Assembly: GCA_964016885.1 (NCBI GenBank)
Contig: OZ024741.1
Coordinates: 365,118,001-365,182,000 of the forward strand
DNA from: Eledone cirrhosa
Lineage: Eukaryota
Length of the DNA stretch: 64,000 nt
Reading direction: 5' to 3'
This document shows, in pieces, positions 50,498 to 63,714 of the stretch. The notes beneath the pieces were generated by a model that worked only from the letters and a program-made list of their open reading frames with translations, ran no database searches and was not told the DNA's origin. Numbering within the stretch: position 1 is the first letter of the stretch; every line of letters begins with the position of its first letter. The position numbers were made by a program, and so were the translations under genes.

Positions 50498-52280
50498 GAG
50501 GATAAATTTTGAGGATCACAAGAGAAATTTTGAAGAAGACTTGCCGGTTAGACTGATAGCTCCATCTAAGTCGGACATTGGAGTAATCAGTAAAAATATT
50601 ATTGATAGAATTTTACCAACATTGAAATTGAAGTCAAAGCTGAGCTTATGGAAGGACACTAGTGAAGTAATTGACTGGTTTAAAAATATAGAAAATAAGA
50701 AAAGTCACAAATTTATTCAAATGGACATAGCAAGTTACTACTCATCTATTACACCAAACCTCTTGAATAAGGCTTTGTCTTACGCTTATAAACATTCAGA
50801 TCTAACTATCGAGGAGATTAATATCATATTAACGGTTAGAAGAACCCTAATTAATTTTAATAATGAGCTTTGGACACGCTCGGATAGGAATAGAAATGTT
50901 GACATTACCATGGGGGTCATCTGACTCTGCACAAATTACCGATCTTCTGGGAATTTTTATCCTCAATGTGGTAAATAGAAAATTGCCGGAGATTACTGGT
51001 GGTTTATATAGGGATGATATTTTATTTACTGTAGTTAAGCATAGCAATACAGAACTAAATAGGGTTAAGAAAACAATAATAGAATTCTTTCAAAATTATG
51101 ACATCAAATTAGAAGTTGAAAGTAGCACCAAATTAGTTAACTTCCTTGATGTCACCCTTAATTTAAATTTAGGATTATATTACCCCTTCTATAAGCCCAA
51201 CAGAAACTTAAATTATGTTAAGCATTACTCAAATACCCTAAATCCGTGAAAAATGCAATAGTCAATAGTGTTCAAAAACGCTTAACTAGATTATCTGCTA
51301 ATAAATCCATTTTTGATGAAAAAGCTGGATATTATAATGATATATTACATAAGGCAGGATATAAAAATAATATTGAATATCTAGATAATACTAATTCGAA
51401 TTATAAATTAGGTAAAAATACGAATAACATAAATAAAGCGGACTCTAAAAATTATATAAATATAAATACAAATGATAATGTCGTGAATAATCTCGGAAAA
51501 AAATCAGAACCAAAGCAGTGATTTTGTTCTGCACCCCCCGCATCTTTAGCTATCAAAACACACCTGGCAAATTTATTCTTTAAGGCTTTAGATAAATGTT
51601 TCCCAGTACACATAAATACCATTCTATATTCAATAGACCTACAATTAAGCTAGCATACTCAACAACTATGAATATGGCACAGAACATTGCAAAAATAAAT
51701 AGTAGAATTCTTAATCATAACCAAAACACAATTAGGGATAATGGCAATATTAACATTAGCAATAATACTGATATTGTGAATAGCAATAACATTAACTTAA
51801 GCACTCACAACAGAACACCTTCATCTATTAGCAATGATAACGTGTACAGTTTAAATTATAATAATAAATCGAAACGTAACTGTAGAAATAGATCGAATTT
51901 CCCACTGCAAAATAATTGTCTTGATAAGAACCTAGTTTATAAATGTACCGTTAAAGCAAATAACATCACCTATAACTATATAGGAGCAACCTCATCGAGT
52001 TTTAAATTAAAATATTCGAATCACAAGCACTCTTTTTCGAATCCGGATAAGAAATTCTCCACTTCTTTATCACAACTAATATGGTCCTTGAAAGACAAAA
52101 ATTTAGAGTACTCAATATTTTAGTCAAAACTCTGTAATAGCCAAGTCTACATTTAATTCATCCGTATCACCTAACTGAAATCTTTCTGATATGGAGAGCC
52201 TATTAATAATTAATAATTATGATAAGTTAATTAACCAAAAAGTGAATTATTCTCAAATTGCTTGCACAAGGCTACATCTA
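50498..52280 (+). pseudogene. Naiad-like PLE RT and GIY-YIG pseudogene, right arm
   Basis: Same motifs across ORFs 50493-50924, 50863-51249, 51246-51521 and 51596-52123. Confidence 0.93.
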
Positions 52281-52419
52281 CATTCCAGGCTTCACAAAAA
52301 TCAGGAAAAAACATTGAGTAAATGTGAAATGATTTAGCCATTTATTAATAACTCTGAGTGTGAAACAATATTGGCTCAGATTAAAAATTCTTGTAATGCT
52401 TTTATTATTAATACTATTA

Positions 52420-53875
52420 CTAGCAGTGGTACCCGGCGTTGCACGGGATATGGTATTGTGAAATATATAACCGCTTTAGCTAAGCTTAGTATTGTCACAA
52501 CCATGGCTTGCAAAGAAGTAAGGGTCTGGTGGTACGTTTGTAAGAAACACTGTGGCTTAAAACGTGAGGAAGAAGTTGTGTGCACTTACCGACTGTTTGG
52601 GGAATGAGTGTGAGATTTGTCTTGAGCAAGGGTGGCAAAATAACCGGAGGCAGCAGACAGCCAGACATACAGACAGATATTATAATGGCGCGTTCTGGAC
52701 GCAGAACGAATTGTAGGAAGTGACGTAATGCAGACAGCCAGACATACAGACAGATATTATAATGGCGCGTTCTGGACGCAGAACGAATTGTAGGAAGTGA
52801 AGTAATGCAGACAGCCAGACATACAGACAGATATTATAAGGGCGTGACGTTATACGTATGTATCTATCTAAAAAGAGAAAGACTAAGAATTACAGAGAGA
52901 GATCGCTAAATCGCCTAATGCGGTCCATAGGGCATTGAAAATTCGAAATTGTTTTGGCTCAGAACACTCCATAAAACATAAGTATTACATGTGTAAAGTT
53001 TGAAAACAGTCGGTTGGGTGCTTCTCTAGTTTTAGGGATTCAAACTCACACAGACAGACAGACACGGACGCACACGCACACGCACACACACACGCGCGCG
53101 CACGCACGCACACATACGCGCACGCACATGTGTTAATTACTTATAGCTTTCCTTCCCCTCTTCCAGCGTCTCTCTCTCTCTCTCTCTCTCTCCCGCTATC
53201 CCCCTCTTTTAGTCTGTCTGTTTCTTTTTATAACTCACTCACATTAATACTAAAAAGTTAAGGTATTGTTCTCAAAGTAAATAATATTAAATCTATGAGA
53301 TTTTTATATTATGTGAGCTAAAGCCTTTACCATGAAAATAATATAGTATATATAGAGTAATGTAAATGCTAAAGGGTTAATTCCATCAGTCCATGTGAGA
53401 GAGTTTATAATCACTCACGTACACATACACACTCACGCATGCAAACGCACACAAACTCACACACACACACGCGCACGTACACACACACACGCAATAGTTA
53501 TTCCACTGTCATGTATCTTTGACGCATACAACTCTCAAAAGACGGCGTCTGTCACTCTCTCTCTCTCTCTCCTCCTCTTTTAGTCTGTCTGTTTCTTTCA
53601 CTCTCACTCTTTCTCTCTGTAACTCGTTCACATTTTTCCTCTCTATCCAAAAACGCTGTGACGAATGGGGAGAAGGAGGAGGTGGAGGAGTAGAGAGCCA
53701 CTTCTTCACTTCGCCTCTTCGTTTCTTTCTTTCCCCTCTCACTCCCTCATTATGTACAGACATTGGCCACTTCACTAATTCGATCTCTAGATCAGAATAA
53801 TTTGAAATTTTATTTGCTCAAAACACTTCCGGGGCCATACGGGTTACATGTGTAAAGTTCGAAAAAAAAACGGTT
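52420..53875 (-). mobile_element. Non-autonomous Helitron-like insertion in the right arm, containing a ~70 bp tandem repeat (52655-52845)
   Basis: The minus strand ends CCCGTGCAACGCCGGG (hairpin)-TACCACTG-CTAG|T, the Helitron 3' signature. The sequence is absent from the left arm and replaces ~290 bp present there (48140-48430). Confidence 0.7.
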
Positions 53876-54548
53876 GTAAATTTTAAATACAGTAAAATCT
53901 AGTTGAATTAAATTTATAACACTCTCAACAGAAATTATACTACATATAAGTGAATAATATCGTCTTAAACCATGAAATTTATAATCTATATATAAATTAT
54001 ATAAATGTGTATATGTAGATAAATCTGGTTTAATAATATTTTATTAGATACATTTATAATGCTTTATGACTTATTAATAACATTTTAATTTTAAAGCTTT
54101 TTTTACTAATATATTGATTATATTATTGATTTTAGTATAATTATAAATATACTTGCGAATACGTTTGGAGTTATGATGGACATAAATTTATCTCTTTCAC
54201 GTTACATTTGATTGAACTCAGATATAATACAATAATATAAATCCTTTAACATTTTATAGTGTAAAATCTTAGGTCATTTGATTAACTGACTATTTTCAAT
54301 TAACTTAAGATTTGAAAATAAACGGTCAAGCATTATTCTTTCTCCCTATCTAATTATACGCTATTTACATGTTACAATACATATCTCCCACCCTTTGACT
54401 ATACGATTTAACTTAGTTTCCTCTCTCTATCACTTGATCATTTCTCCCTTCTCTTCTTCCTACGATCAAATCTCCGTTTTTTCTTTTTTCTCTTTTTCTC
54501 TCTTTCCTCATGATTTGCTATCTCGATCTATCACTTCCACTATCAACA

Positions 54549-54733
54549 ATAATTGTTTCTATTTTAGGCACAAGGCCAGCAATTAACCAGTACATTACTG
54601 GTACTTTATTTCATCGACCTAGTAAGGATGAAAGGCAAAGTTAACCTCGGCGGGATTTGAACTCAGATTATAAAGGGACGTTACTCTATGCGTCAAAGCA
54701 TTGTGTCCGACCCTCTACCGATACTGCCAATCT
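54549..54733 (-). mobile_element. SINE family A copy inserted in the right arm only
   Basis: The mirror site at ~47465 is empty. Confidence 0.9.
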
Positions 54734-54970
54734 AATGAGGTATGAATATATTATTATTATTTAAATTTTTAACAGTTATATAAGTTTATGTATTATATAT
54801 TATTAATTATTTATATATCTTTTTACACATTCTCATATGCACCCTCTGTATTATTTGTAATTTTTCATGTTTCAACTTAAGGCACATAAATATCGAGTTT
54901 TGTCATAACTAATCAATGCCATGACTAAATTATAACCATCAACATAGTCAAGGTATGTCAAGCATCAACT

Positions 54971-55035
54971 TATTATATCTGATGATGACGTACTGTTGAA
55001 ATAGCTCAGTATCTCTGAAATATGCATAATAAAAT
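54971..55035 (+). ncRNA. HHR in the right-arm PLE 3' end
   Basis: TATTATAT-CTGATGA-TGACGTACTGTT-GAAA-TAGC..GCA-TA-ATAAAATA. Confidence 0.6.
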
Positions 55036-55078
55036 ATATTTGATCACATGAATGTCTATATTTATTAATATTTTGAAG

Positions 55079-55123
<45 letters not shown>

Positions 55124-55239
55124 TAAACGGAATAGAAAATGCTGACAAATTGTTCACAGTTGAAAAATGGTTTAATTTTAATAACACAAGACAGGTTTAA
55201 TTTTAATAACACAAGACAGGGAGGAGAAACCGATAGTAA

Positions 55240-57493
55240 TAAAAATTATCAATCTTACTAGTGCAGAATCAACACCCAACCTTATCAACTTACTCTCCAA
55301 AGGTCTTAAATTCACACCGACCCCACTACGTCCTAACTACTATGAAATGAAGGAAGACATCACAGACTTCTGTAGAAAGTTACGGCTTAGTGAACAACTA
55401 TTCGACCAGTACAATGAGGATGAATCATTAGCCAGAAATAGAAGCAATTACACCCCTTCAAAAGGTAGAAATAAAATCCTGGACGAATTCTGTGAACACA
55501 TCACAAACTTCCCTTACCAACACTTGCACAGACAAAAACACAAGCCAAACCTCAACAAGAAAGAATGGGAAGAATTAAATAGATTAAAAACCGACAGAAC
55601 CATTACAATTGAAGAGGCTGATAAAGGGAGTACAGTAGTCCTAATGGAGACAGAATTCTATATCAACTTAGCGCTCTCCACTTTGGAAAACGAAACATAC
55701 TACGAAAAGGCTGAACACTACAATCAACAGAAAATTATGAGAAACCTAAAAACTCTAATCAACCTATACAAAGAAGGACTCACTAACAAGGAATTCAGCT
55801 TCATCACAGACTTCACAAGTAAATCCAGCCTCTTCTACGGTATCCCTAAAGTACATAAAAGCGAATCAATCAGTAAGGCATGCAAGGAAGCCACAGACAT
55901 AGTCATCAATGTCCCCTCACCCAATGATCTCAAATTAAGACATATAATAGCAGGCCCCGCTTGCGAAACGCACCGTCTTAGCAACTTCATTGATACCCTT
56001 CTCAAACCCTTCCTCAAACACATCAAAAGCTATATAAGGGACGAACTAGATATGCTCAATCACCTCCCTAATATGCCACTTTCTAAACAAACCCTACTAG
56101 TGACTTCGATGTAGTCAACCTATACTCCAACATCCCCCACAACCTAGGAATAGAAGCTATCCAATTCTGGCTGGATAATTTCCACAATGAACTCCCACAA
56201 CGCATCAAAAAATAATTCGTGATAGAGGGACTCAAATTTATCTTAGAGAACAATTACTTCGTTTTCAATAACAAACCCTACAGGCAGAAATCTGGGACCG
56301 CTATGGGAACGAAAACAGCCCCCACTTATGCCAACCTTGTCATGGGATACCTGGAAATCACCCTCTACACTAAAGTCCAAAACAAATTTGGAAACACCCT
56401 CCACTTACACATTGAAAGGAACTGGAAGCGATATCTAGGTGACTGCTTCATCCTTTGGCACGAAAACATAGAAAAACTTAAAGAATTTCACACCCTTATA
56501 AATGGGCTCAACACGAATATTAACTTCACGATGGAATACAGCCATCAACAACTCCCCTTCCTCGACATCCTCATTAAGATCCATAACAAAAAATAGAAAC
56601 AGACATATACTACAAGCCCACAGACTCCAAGCAATATCTCCCCTTCAACTCTTGCCACCCTAGACACGTTAAAATTAATATTCCCTACAACTTAGCCAAG
56701 AGAATCTGTACTATAGTCTCCAATAAAAACATCTGCTACTTACGGCTACAAGAACTAAAGGACACACTCATAGGCAGGGACTACCCTGCATCACTAATTG
56801 ACAATGGAATCCAACGTGCCCTAAAACTCAGTACCCAGGACCTTAGACACCCTAAAGTAAATCAACCGAAACTAAAAGCTCTTCCATACATCTCCACACA
56901 CAACCCTCTCAACAATGAGGCCTTTGACACCATCCTCCAGAACATCCCTGTGTTGAAAAAGGACCATAGAATGAACCAAATTCTACGAACACACGATATC
57001 ATAAAGAGCAAAAGACAATCCAAGTCACTGAAAAACATCCTAACACATGCCAAAGTTTTGCCAACCACAACAACGAAACCCACAGTAAAAAAAATGTGAT
57101 AGACCCAACTGTGGCATTTGCATCAACCTAATAGAGGGTTCGGAATTCTATTTCAAAGATGGACAACGTTTTATAGTAAAACACAATTTCACATGTGCAT
57201 CGGAAAATCTAATATATGTATTAACTTGCTCAGGTTGTCGAGAACAATACATAGGCCAGACCAAAAACAGCCTCCGCCAACGCATGACTGTCCATAGATC
57301 CCAAATTAAAATACGGGAATACAGGAAAATACCACTGAGTGAACACATTGATACCTGTGCCGCCCAAAATCATCCCAAATTCAGAATCTTTCCCCTCTAC
57401 AAATTTAAAGATAATGCCACCCACACCCAGCGCATCAGCAAAGAATCTTACTTCTTTAACAAATACGGACCCCGTCTAAACACTTCTCCCTAA
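55240..57493 (+). pseudogene. PLE RT and GIY-YIG polyprotein, frameshifted
   Basis: LLSKGLKF, EADKGS, FYGIPKVHK, DVVNLYSNIP, GTAMGTKTAPTYANL, RYLGDCF (degenerate YxDD), PFLD, CDRPNCGIC, FTCASENLIYVLTCSGCREQYIGQT. At least three frameshifts. Confidence 0.95.
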
Positions 57494-57602
57494 GACGAAC
57501 CCACAACATACACACGTTAACATACATACCTACATCAGCACACATCTCCACCCACATATAAACACAATGACATACGTAAACACAGAAAAATATATGTGTA
57601 TA

Positions 57603-57682
<80 letters not shown>

Positions 57683-58040
57683 ATATATGTATGTGTGTAT
57701 ATATGTAGTGAATATCATTTCACACCTTTTATTGTTAAGATTTTTGATGTTCTATTAAGAGAACCGATTTTACTGAAAAAATCGAATAATGTACACCATT
57801 TTACCAGGGGGGAAAAATACTGGTCCACCCACACACACACACACCCACACACACACATATATACACACACACATACACACGCGTACATTAACATACAAAG
57901 AGACTTATACACACACACACACACGCACTTCTCCGTATAAGACAAAAGCTGAAAAATATCTTTTGACACATGCTAAAATACCCCCCATTGCTTTCAGACA
58001 CATTCTTACTGACCATCCCTGCTTCCACGAATTTCTCTGC

Positions 58041-58103
<63 letters not shown>

Positions 58104-58529
58104 ATCTTAATAGCCATTTGACACACATCCCTGCTAACCATTATCACAACATCGAACACCTTACTACTACTACACACACACACACACACACACATATTTG
58201 TTGTGAAAGAGTCATTTCTCAATCTTGGCGCAAAACCAATTTTTTATTCACATGACCTCTACCGACCAATCAAAATTGTTTTGACCACAAGAATTTTTGA
58301 AAACACCAAATAGCGCTGGAGCCACTTTTTTAACATAAAAACAGTCTTGGCGCAAAATTAATTTTTTACATTCACATGACCTCTACCGACCAATGAAAAT
58401 TGTTTTGACCACAAGAATTTTTGCAACACCAAAGTAACGCTGGAGCCACTTTTTTAACATAAAAACAGGTAGAATTCCCAAAACTAATCAGATCAGAGCA
58501 AACAACACGGACACTCTATCTCAAAATTA

Positions 58530-58566
58530 TTTTTGAAAAGCATTTAGAAATGCGCAACCGGTAAAA
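58530..58566 (+). ncRNA. HHR-like motif with U3/A8 and GCAA variant core in the Neptune-like pLTR
   Basis: TTT-TTGAAAA-GCATTT AG AAATGC-GCAA-CCGG-TA-AAA. The motif recurs at 19732-19767, in the opposite arm near 19620-19650, and near 45072-45108 (minus). Confidence 0.5.
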
Positions 58567-58723
58567 ACTTAAAAACTTAAAACCACAACTGAATACTAAC
58601 CGATACAATCACTAATACTCTTTTATTCCTAATTAAACCATATTTCAACTGTGAACAATTTATCAGCATTTTCTATTCCGTTTACCAATATATAATAACT
58701 TGTGTGTTACACCTCTATTCTTT

Positions 58724-58814
<91 letters not shown>

Positions 58815-59280
58815 ATAAAATTAATGTAAGCAAAATGCCAACAATAATTCTGGTATATAAGTGACTATACCATCAAGATGAAAAAATATTTAATGCAAGA
58901 TGAGGGAAAAAGTAACACAATCTTAATTCAAAACAAATCAAGTAGAAAAAACTTTTTCATCAAACTTTGTGTAAGTTGGGGGAAAAAACAATACAATCTT
59001 AACTTAAAATAAGATCAAGGAGTAATACTTATCCGTCAATTTGGGGAAAACTACAAATACACTATATAGTCTTTAAAAGACCATTTCACGAAACTTTTCA
59101 GTGGGGTTAGTCACGGTTGGAGTCGATCTTCAGCAGTGCTCAACCCATTAACTAAATGGCACTGCTAAAATACCGGTGGGAAAAATAATCGACTGGGATT
59201 TAAAAGCAGGCAAGCGAACAGCGTGTAGAAATGAAATAACAAAACACACGTGTGGACAAACTAGTGATGGTGGGATGAGA

Positions 59281-59315
<35 letters not shown>

Positions 59316-59354
59316 CATATGTATATATATATATATATACATACATATATAAAT

Positions 59355-59442
<88 letters not shown>

Positions 59443-59817
59443 ATGTGTGTGTATGTGAGTGTGTTTGCGTGGATTTCTGTACGTGTGTCTATTTATGCGT
59501 GTGTGTATAGCATTTTTATGCATGTACACTCATGTGTGCGTGGCTGTGTGTATAGCTATATTTGTATATATATACAGGAGCATGTGTGTTTATATATGTA
59601 TACATAAACACACATATATATGTGTGTATATATATATAATGTATAGACGTATGTATGTGTGTGGATATATATATATATGTGAGTCTATGTGTGTATATAT
59701 GTGTTTATGTAAGCATGTAAGCAGATGTACGTATGTTTATCTACATATGTTTGAAAATATCTTTCGTAAAGTACTTCCCTCATAAAATTATGTGTACTAC
59801 ATTATTTCGTATAACAA

Positions 59818-60385
59818 GGGCGGGGAATTGGCAGTATCGGTAGAGGGTCGGACGCCATGCTTTGACGCATAGAGTTACGTCCCTTGCAATTCTGAGTTCA
59901 AATCCCGCCGAGGTTAACTTTGCCTTTCATCCTTACGGGGTCGATAAAATAAAGTACCGGTAATGCACAGGGTAATTGCTGGTCTTGTGCCTAAAGTAGA
60001 AACAATTATTATGATAGGGCAGTGGATTGGCATAATCGGTAGAGCGTTGGACACTATACGTTGCGGCATAGAGTTATGGCCCTTTACCTTCTGAGTTCAA
60101 ATCCCACTGAGGTTAGCTTTGCCTTTCCTCCTTACGGGGTCGTTAAAATAAAGTACCAGTCACCCACTGAAAATCGATTTTCCCTCCCTCCAAAATTGCT
60201 GGCCTTGTACCTAAATCAGAAACCATTATTATTATGGCGGTGGATTGGCAGTATCTGTAGAGGGTCGGACGCCATGCTTTGACGCAAAGAGTTACGGCCC
60301 TTTCCATTCTGAGGTTAACTTTGCCTTTCATCCTTACGGGATCGATAAAATAAAGTACCACTAATACACTGGGTATTTGCTGACC
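59818..60385 (+). mobile_element. Cluster of three head-to-tail SINE family A copies
   Basis: Copies at ~59818-60010, 60017-60230 and 60236-60385. Confidence 0.9.
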
Positions 60386-60998
60386 TCAAATCAATGCGTG
60401 TGCCCTTACAGGAGAATATGTGTGTGTCTGTGTATGTGTATCCGTGCCTGTGCCTGTGTCTGAACGTGTGTGTATATGTGCGTATGGATGTGTGTTCGCC
60501 TGTGTATGGGATCTGTCTACACACATGTGTGTACGTATATATGCATGTGTGTACGGTGACAGGACCTATATCCGACATACCCAATAAAACATATCTGTGG
60601 AGGACAACTAAATAACCAGGGGCAGATAACACACTTCAACCGAAGCTTGCCACTTCAAAAAGATTAAGAACCTAATTGACACCTCAGACATATTTATTTT
60701 CATTTTTCATTTTAATGTTCATGTTATTATATATTAATGTCATATTTATTACCTACACTTTATTTTCCTTTTTATTATTTTACTGTTTTATATTTTTTTT
60801 TATTTTTTATTTATTTTAATTTTATTTTATATTTTTTATCTCATATATTATCTCATTATTTATCATATATTTTCACTTTCTACTATTTATTTTTGAATTT
60901 CCTTCATTTTATATTTACATTTATTATAACACATGCATCTCGCCATTTTACTTTTCTTTGTTGTTTTATTTTTGCTTCGTTTATATATATATATATAT

Positions 60999-61553
60999 AA
61001 TTGTTTCTACTATTGGCACAAGGCCAGCAATTACGCAGTAGATTACTGGTACTTTATTTTATCGACCCCATAAGGATGAAAGGCAAAGTTAACCTCGGCG
61101 GGATTTGAACTCAGAATGGCAAATTTAGGTATGTGTGTGTGCGTGCGTTATATACGTATTTATGTGTGTATATTTCTATACGTTTATATAATTATATGTA
61201 TATATACACACACACCCATATATTTGGTGTATACGTTCGTATGTGTGCGCGTGATTATGTGTACATGCATGTATTTGCTTGCATGGCATGTGTTTTCGCG
61301 TATGCACGTGTATGTACGTATATAAATGTGTGCATGTATATATTTAAGTATTATTACTTTAATTACCTCTGCCATTTTCGTTCTACTAATTTATTTACAT
61401 TATTCTTAACTCTATATTCTTAACGCCCTTGCCATTCTGAGTTCAAATCTCACCGATTTAACTTTACCTTTCATCCTTACGAGGTCGATAAAATAAAGTA
61501 CCAGTAATACACTAGGTAATTGCTGGCCTTGTGCCAAAAGTAGAAACAATTAT
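60999..61553. mobile_element. Two 5'-truncated SINE family A copies in inverted orientation (60999-61122 minus; 61425-61553 plus)
   Basis: Both retain the B box, core and tail. Confidence 0.85.
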
Positions 61554-61806
61554 TCTTAACTCCATAGCCAAGAATCATTCGGTCTCCTAAATAGAATATT
61601 AGTCTACGACTCCATTTATACCATAAACGTGGTTTTGTCTTTGATTGTATTTGTTCTCATCGATCCACATAACGACGTATTATCCTCGCATTTTTTCCGT
61701 TCATTGCCAGGGAATGTCTTCACGGAACAGAGAATTGTCTTCCTGTTTTCCTTCGGTTGCACGTTTTTCGAAATATTTACTTCTGTGTTCACAGATTGAT
61801 TTTTTT

Positions 61807-61858
61807 AGTTTCGGAAGATCCCTTTTAAGGGTGAAAGCAGCGATTCTTTGTTTAAAGT
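61807..61858 (+). ncRNA. HHR-like motif with U4G core (CGGAAGA)
   Basis: AGTTT-CGGAAGA-TCCC..GGGT-GAAA-GCAGCG ATT CTTTGT-TT-AAAGT. It begins a ~163 bp segment repeated at 62545-62708. Confidence 0.55.
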
Positions 61859-61965
61859 TTAATCTGTTATTTTAATAAATATTTGCTCTAGGGTTCTTAT
61901 ATATTTGATATATATTTATCCTTATCGAGCCCTCTTTGGATTTTAGTCTTCCCATTTATTATTAT

Positions 61966-62019
<54 letters not shown>

Positions 62020-62154
62020 CGTATTTCCCAGCGTCGAAGACGCAACTTTTTCCCTAAAATAAGTCTGAAAAAGATGCACATGCCGGACTACACACTTACT
62101 CTCCACAACCATATAATTTGTTTGTTAACCTTCCAAACTCTGTTGTTCCAACAT

Positions 62155-62221
<67 letters not shown>

Positions 62222-62545
62222 TCTCTCTCTCTCACTCCCTCTCTCTCTCTCTTTCCGCCTTTCTCTGAGTGTGTGTGTATATCTGTGTGTTGGGCAGGTT
62301 CATCTCTGTGAGTGTGCCTGAAGGCACCATTTCAAATAAATACGCAAGATATGAATTACAAATGATGTTAAAGATGTAAACCAGTATTTTTTGTCCATTA
62401 ACTAAGAGGAAATATAAGTATAGAGACAAAATGTATGTATACGCACCGACATATAAGCACAAACACATTCACACACACAATACAAACACATACATACACA
62501 AATACACACACGAATACTCACACGAATACTCGGAAATATATATAT

Positions 62546-62596
62546 AGTTTCAGAAGATCCCGTTAAGGGTGAAAGCGGCGATTCTTTGCTTAAACT
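62546..62596 (+). ncRNA. HHR-like motif with U4A core (CAGAAGA)
   Basis: AGTTT-CAGAAGA-TCCC GTTAA GGGT-GAAA-GCGGCG ATT CTTTGC-TT-AAACT. A truncated third copy at ~1280-1312 has a fully paired stem III, GCAGCG/CGTTGC. Confidence 0.6.
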
Positions 62597-62821
62597 TTAA
62601 TCTGTTATTTTAATAAATATTTGCTCTACGGTTCTTATATATCTGATATATATTTATCCTTATCGAGCCCTCTTTGGATTTTAGTCTTCAAATTTATTAT
62701 TATTACTATATATATATATATATATATATATATGTCAACATGAATGGTCCTATTATTTTTATCTAAAGACATTTTTTCCAGTTCCATCCCGCCCCTTTAA
62801 TCTATTTTATTTCTCATTCTT

Positions 62822-62857
62822 TCTTCTGATGAAAGACTAGCGTCCGAAACGTTGAGA
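62822..62857 (+). ncRNA. Minimal type I HHR
   Basis: TCTT-CTGATGA-AAGAC TAGC GTCC-GAAA-CG-TT-GAGA, inside a ~210 bp segment between (TA)n tracts. Confidence 0.6.
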
Positions 62858-62941
62858 TCCTCTTCCTGCTATATCAAGCGTTAACCTAATATATTCCTTC
62901 CATATACTGTACCGATTGTATTGTTATTTCTGTTTACCTCT

Positions 62942-62984
<43 letters not shown>

Positions 62985-63154
62985 ATATATATATATATAT
63001 ACATATAAATATATACATATATATATATATATACATATAAATATATACATATATCTTTAGCGATCGACTTTCGTCAAATCGGACCGAGGGAACAATGTTT
63101 CCGTTGGTCTTTCCAATTGCTAATACTATCTATCGGTCGCAACTCGGTAGAAGA

Positions 63155-63270
63155 GGCAACGTGAAATAAAGTGTCTTGCTCAAGGACATAACGCATCACC
63201 TGGTCCAGGAATCGAACTCAGAACCTTACGATTGCGAATCGAATTCTCTAACCACTCAGCCACGCGCCTT
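63155..63270 (-). mobile_element. tRNA-derived CORE-type SINE, 5' part
   Basis: Minus strand GGCGCGTGGCTGAGTGGTTAG (A box)...GAGTTCGATTCC (B box)...TGTCCTTGAGCAAGACACTT (CORE-like). Confidence 0.8.
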
Positions 63271-63349
63271 CACATATACATATATACATATATATATATA
63301 TATACATACATATATATATATATATACATACATATATATATATATATAT

Positions 63350-63714
<365 letters not shown>

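Larger units (their letters stand above)
47116..55084. repeat. ~8 kb inverted duplication of a 5'-truncated Naiad-like PLE, head-to-head
   Basis: 47116-48139 is the reverse complement of 53876-55084, and 48536-50476 is the reverse complement of 50498-52410. (TA)n lies at both outer ends. Confidence 0.95.
55120..58727 (+). mobile_element. Near full-length Neptune-like Penelope element with a short inverted 5' pLTR fragment
   Basis: 55120-55178 is the reverse complement of ~58631-58690. Flanked by (TA)n, with an ~120 bp tandem duplication in the 3' region (58224-58467). Confidence 0.92.

Noticed and set aside
52176-52178. In-frame TGA at a Cys position of the Naiad-like endonuclease (possible selenocysteine, as reported for some Naiads)
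   Set aside because: The mirror arm has TGC at this position, so it is most simply a point mutation. I did not identify a SECIS.
47116-55084. Palindrome as an assembly or fold-back read artefact
   Set aside because: The arms differ by substitutions, indels and independent TE insertions.
59075-59140. Minus-strand CTGAAGA...GAAA as another HHR
   Set aside because: I could not build consistent stems I-III.
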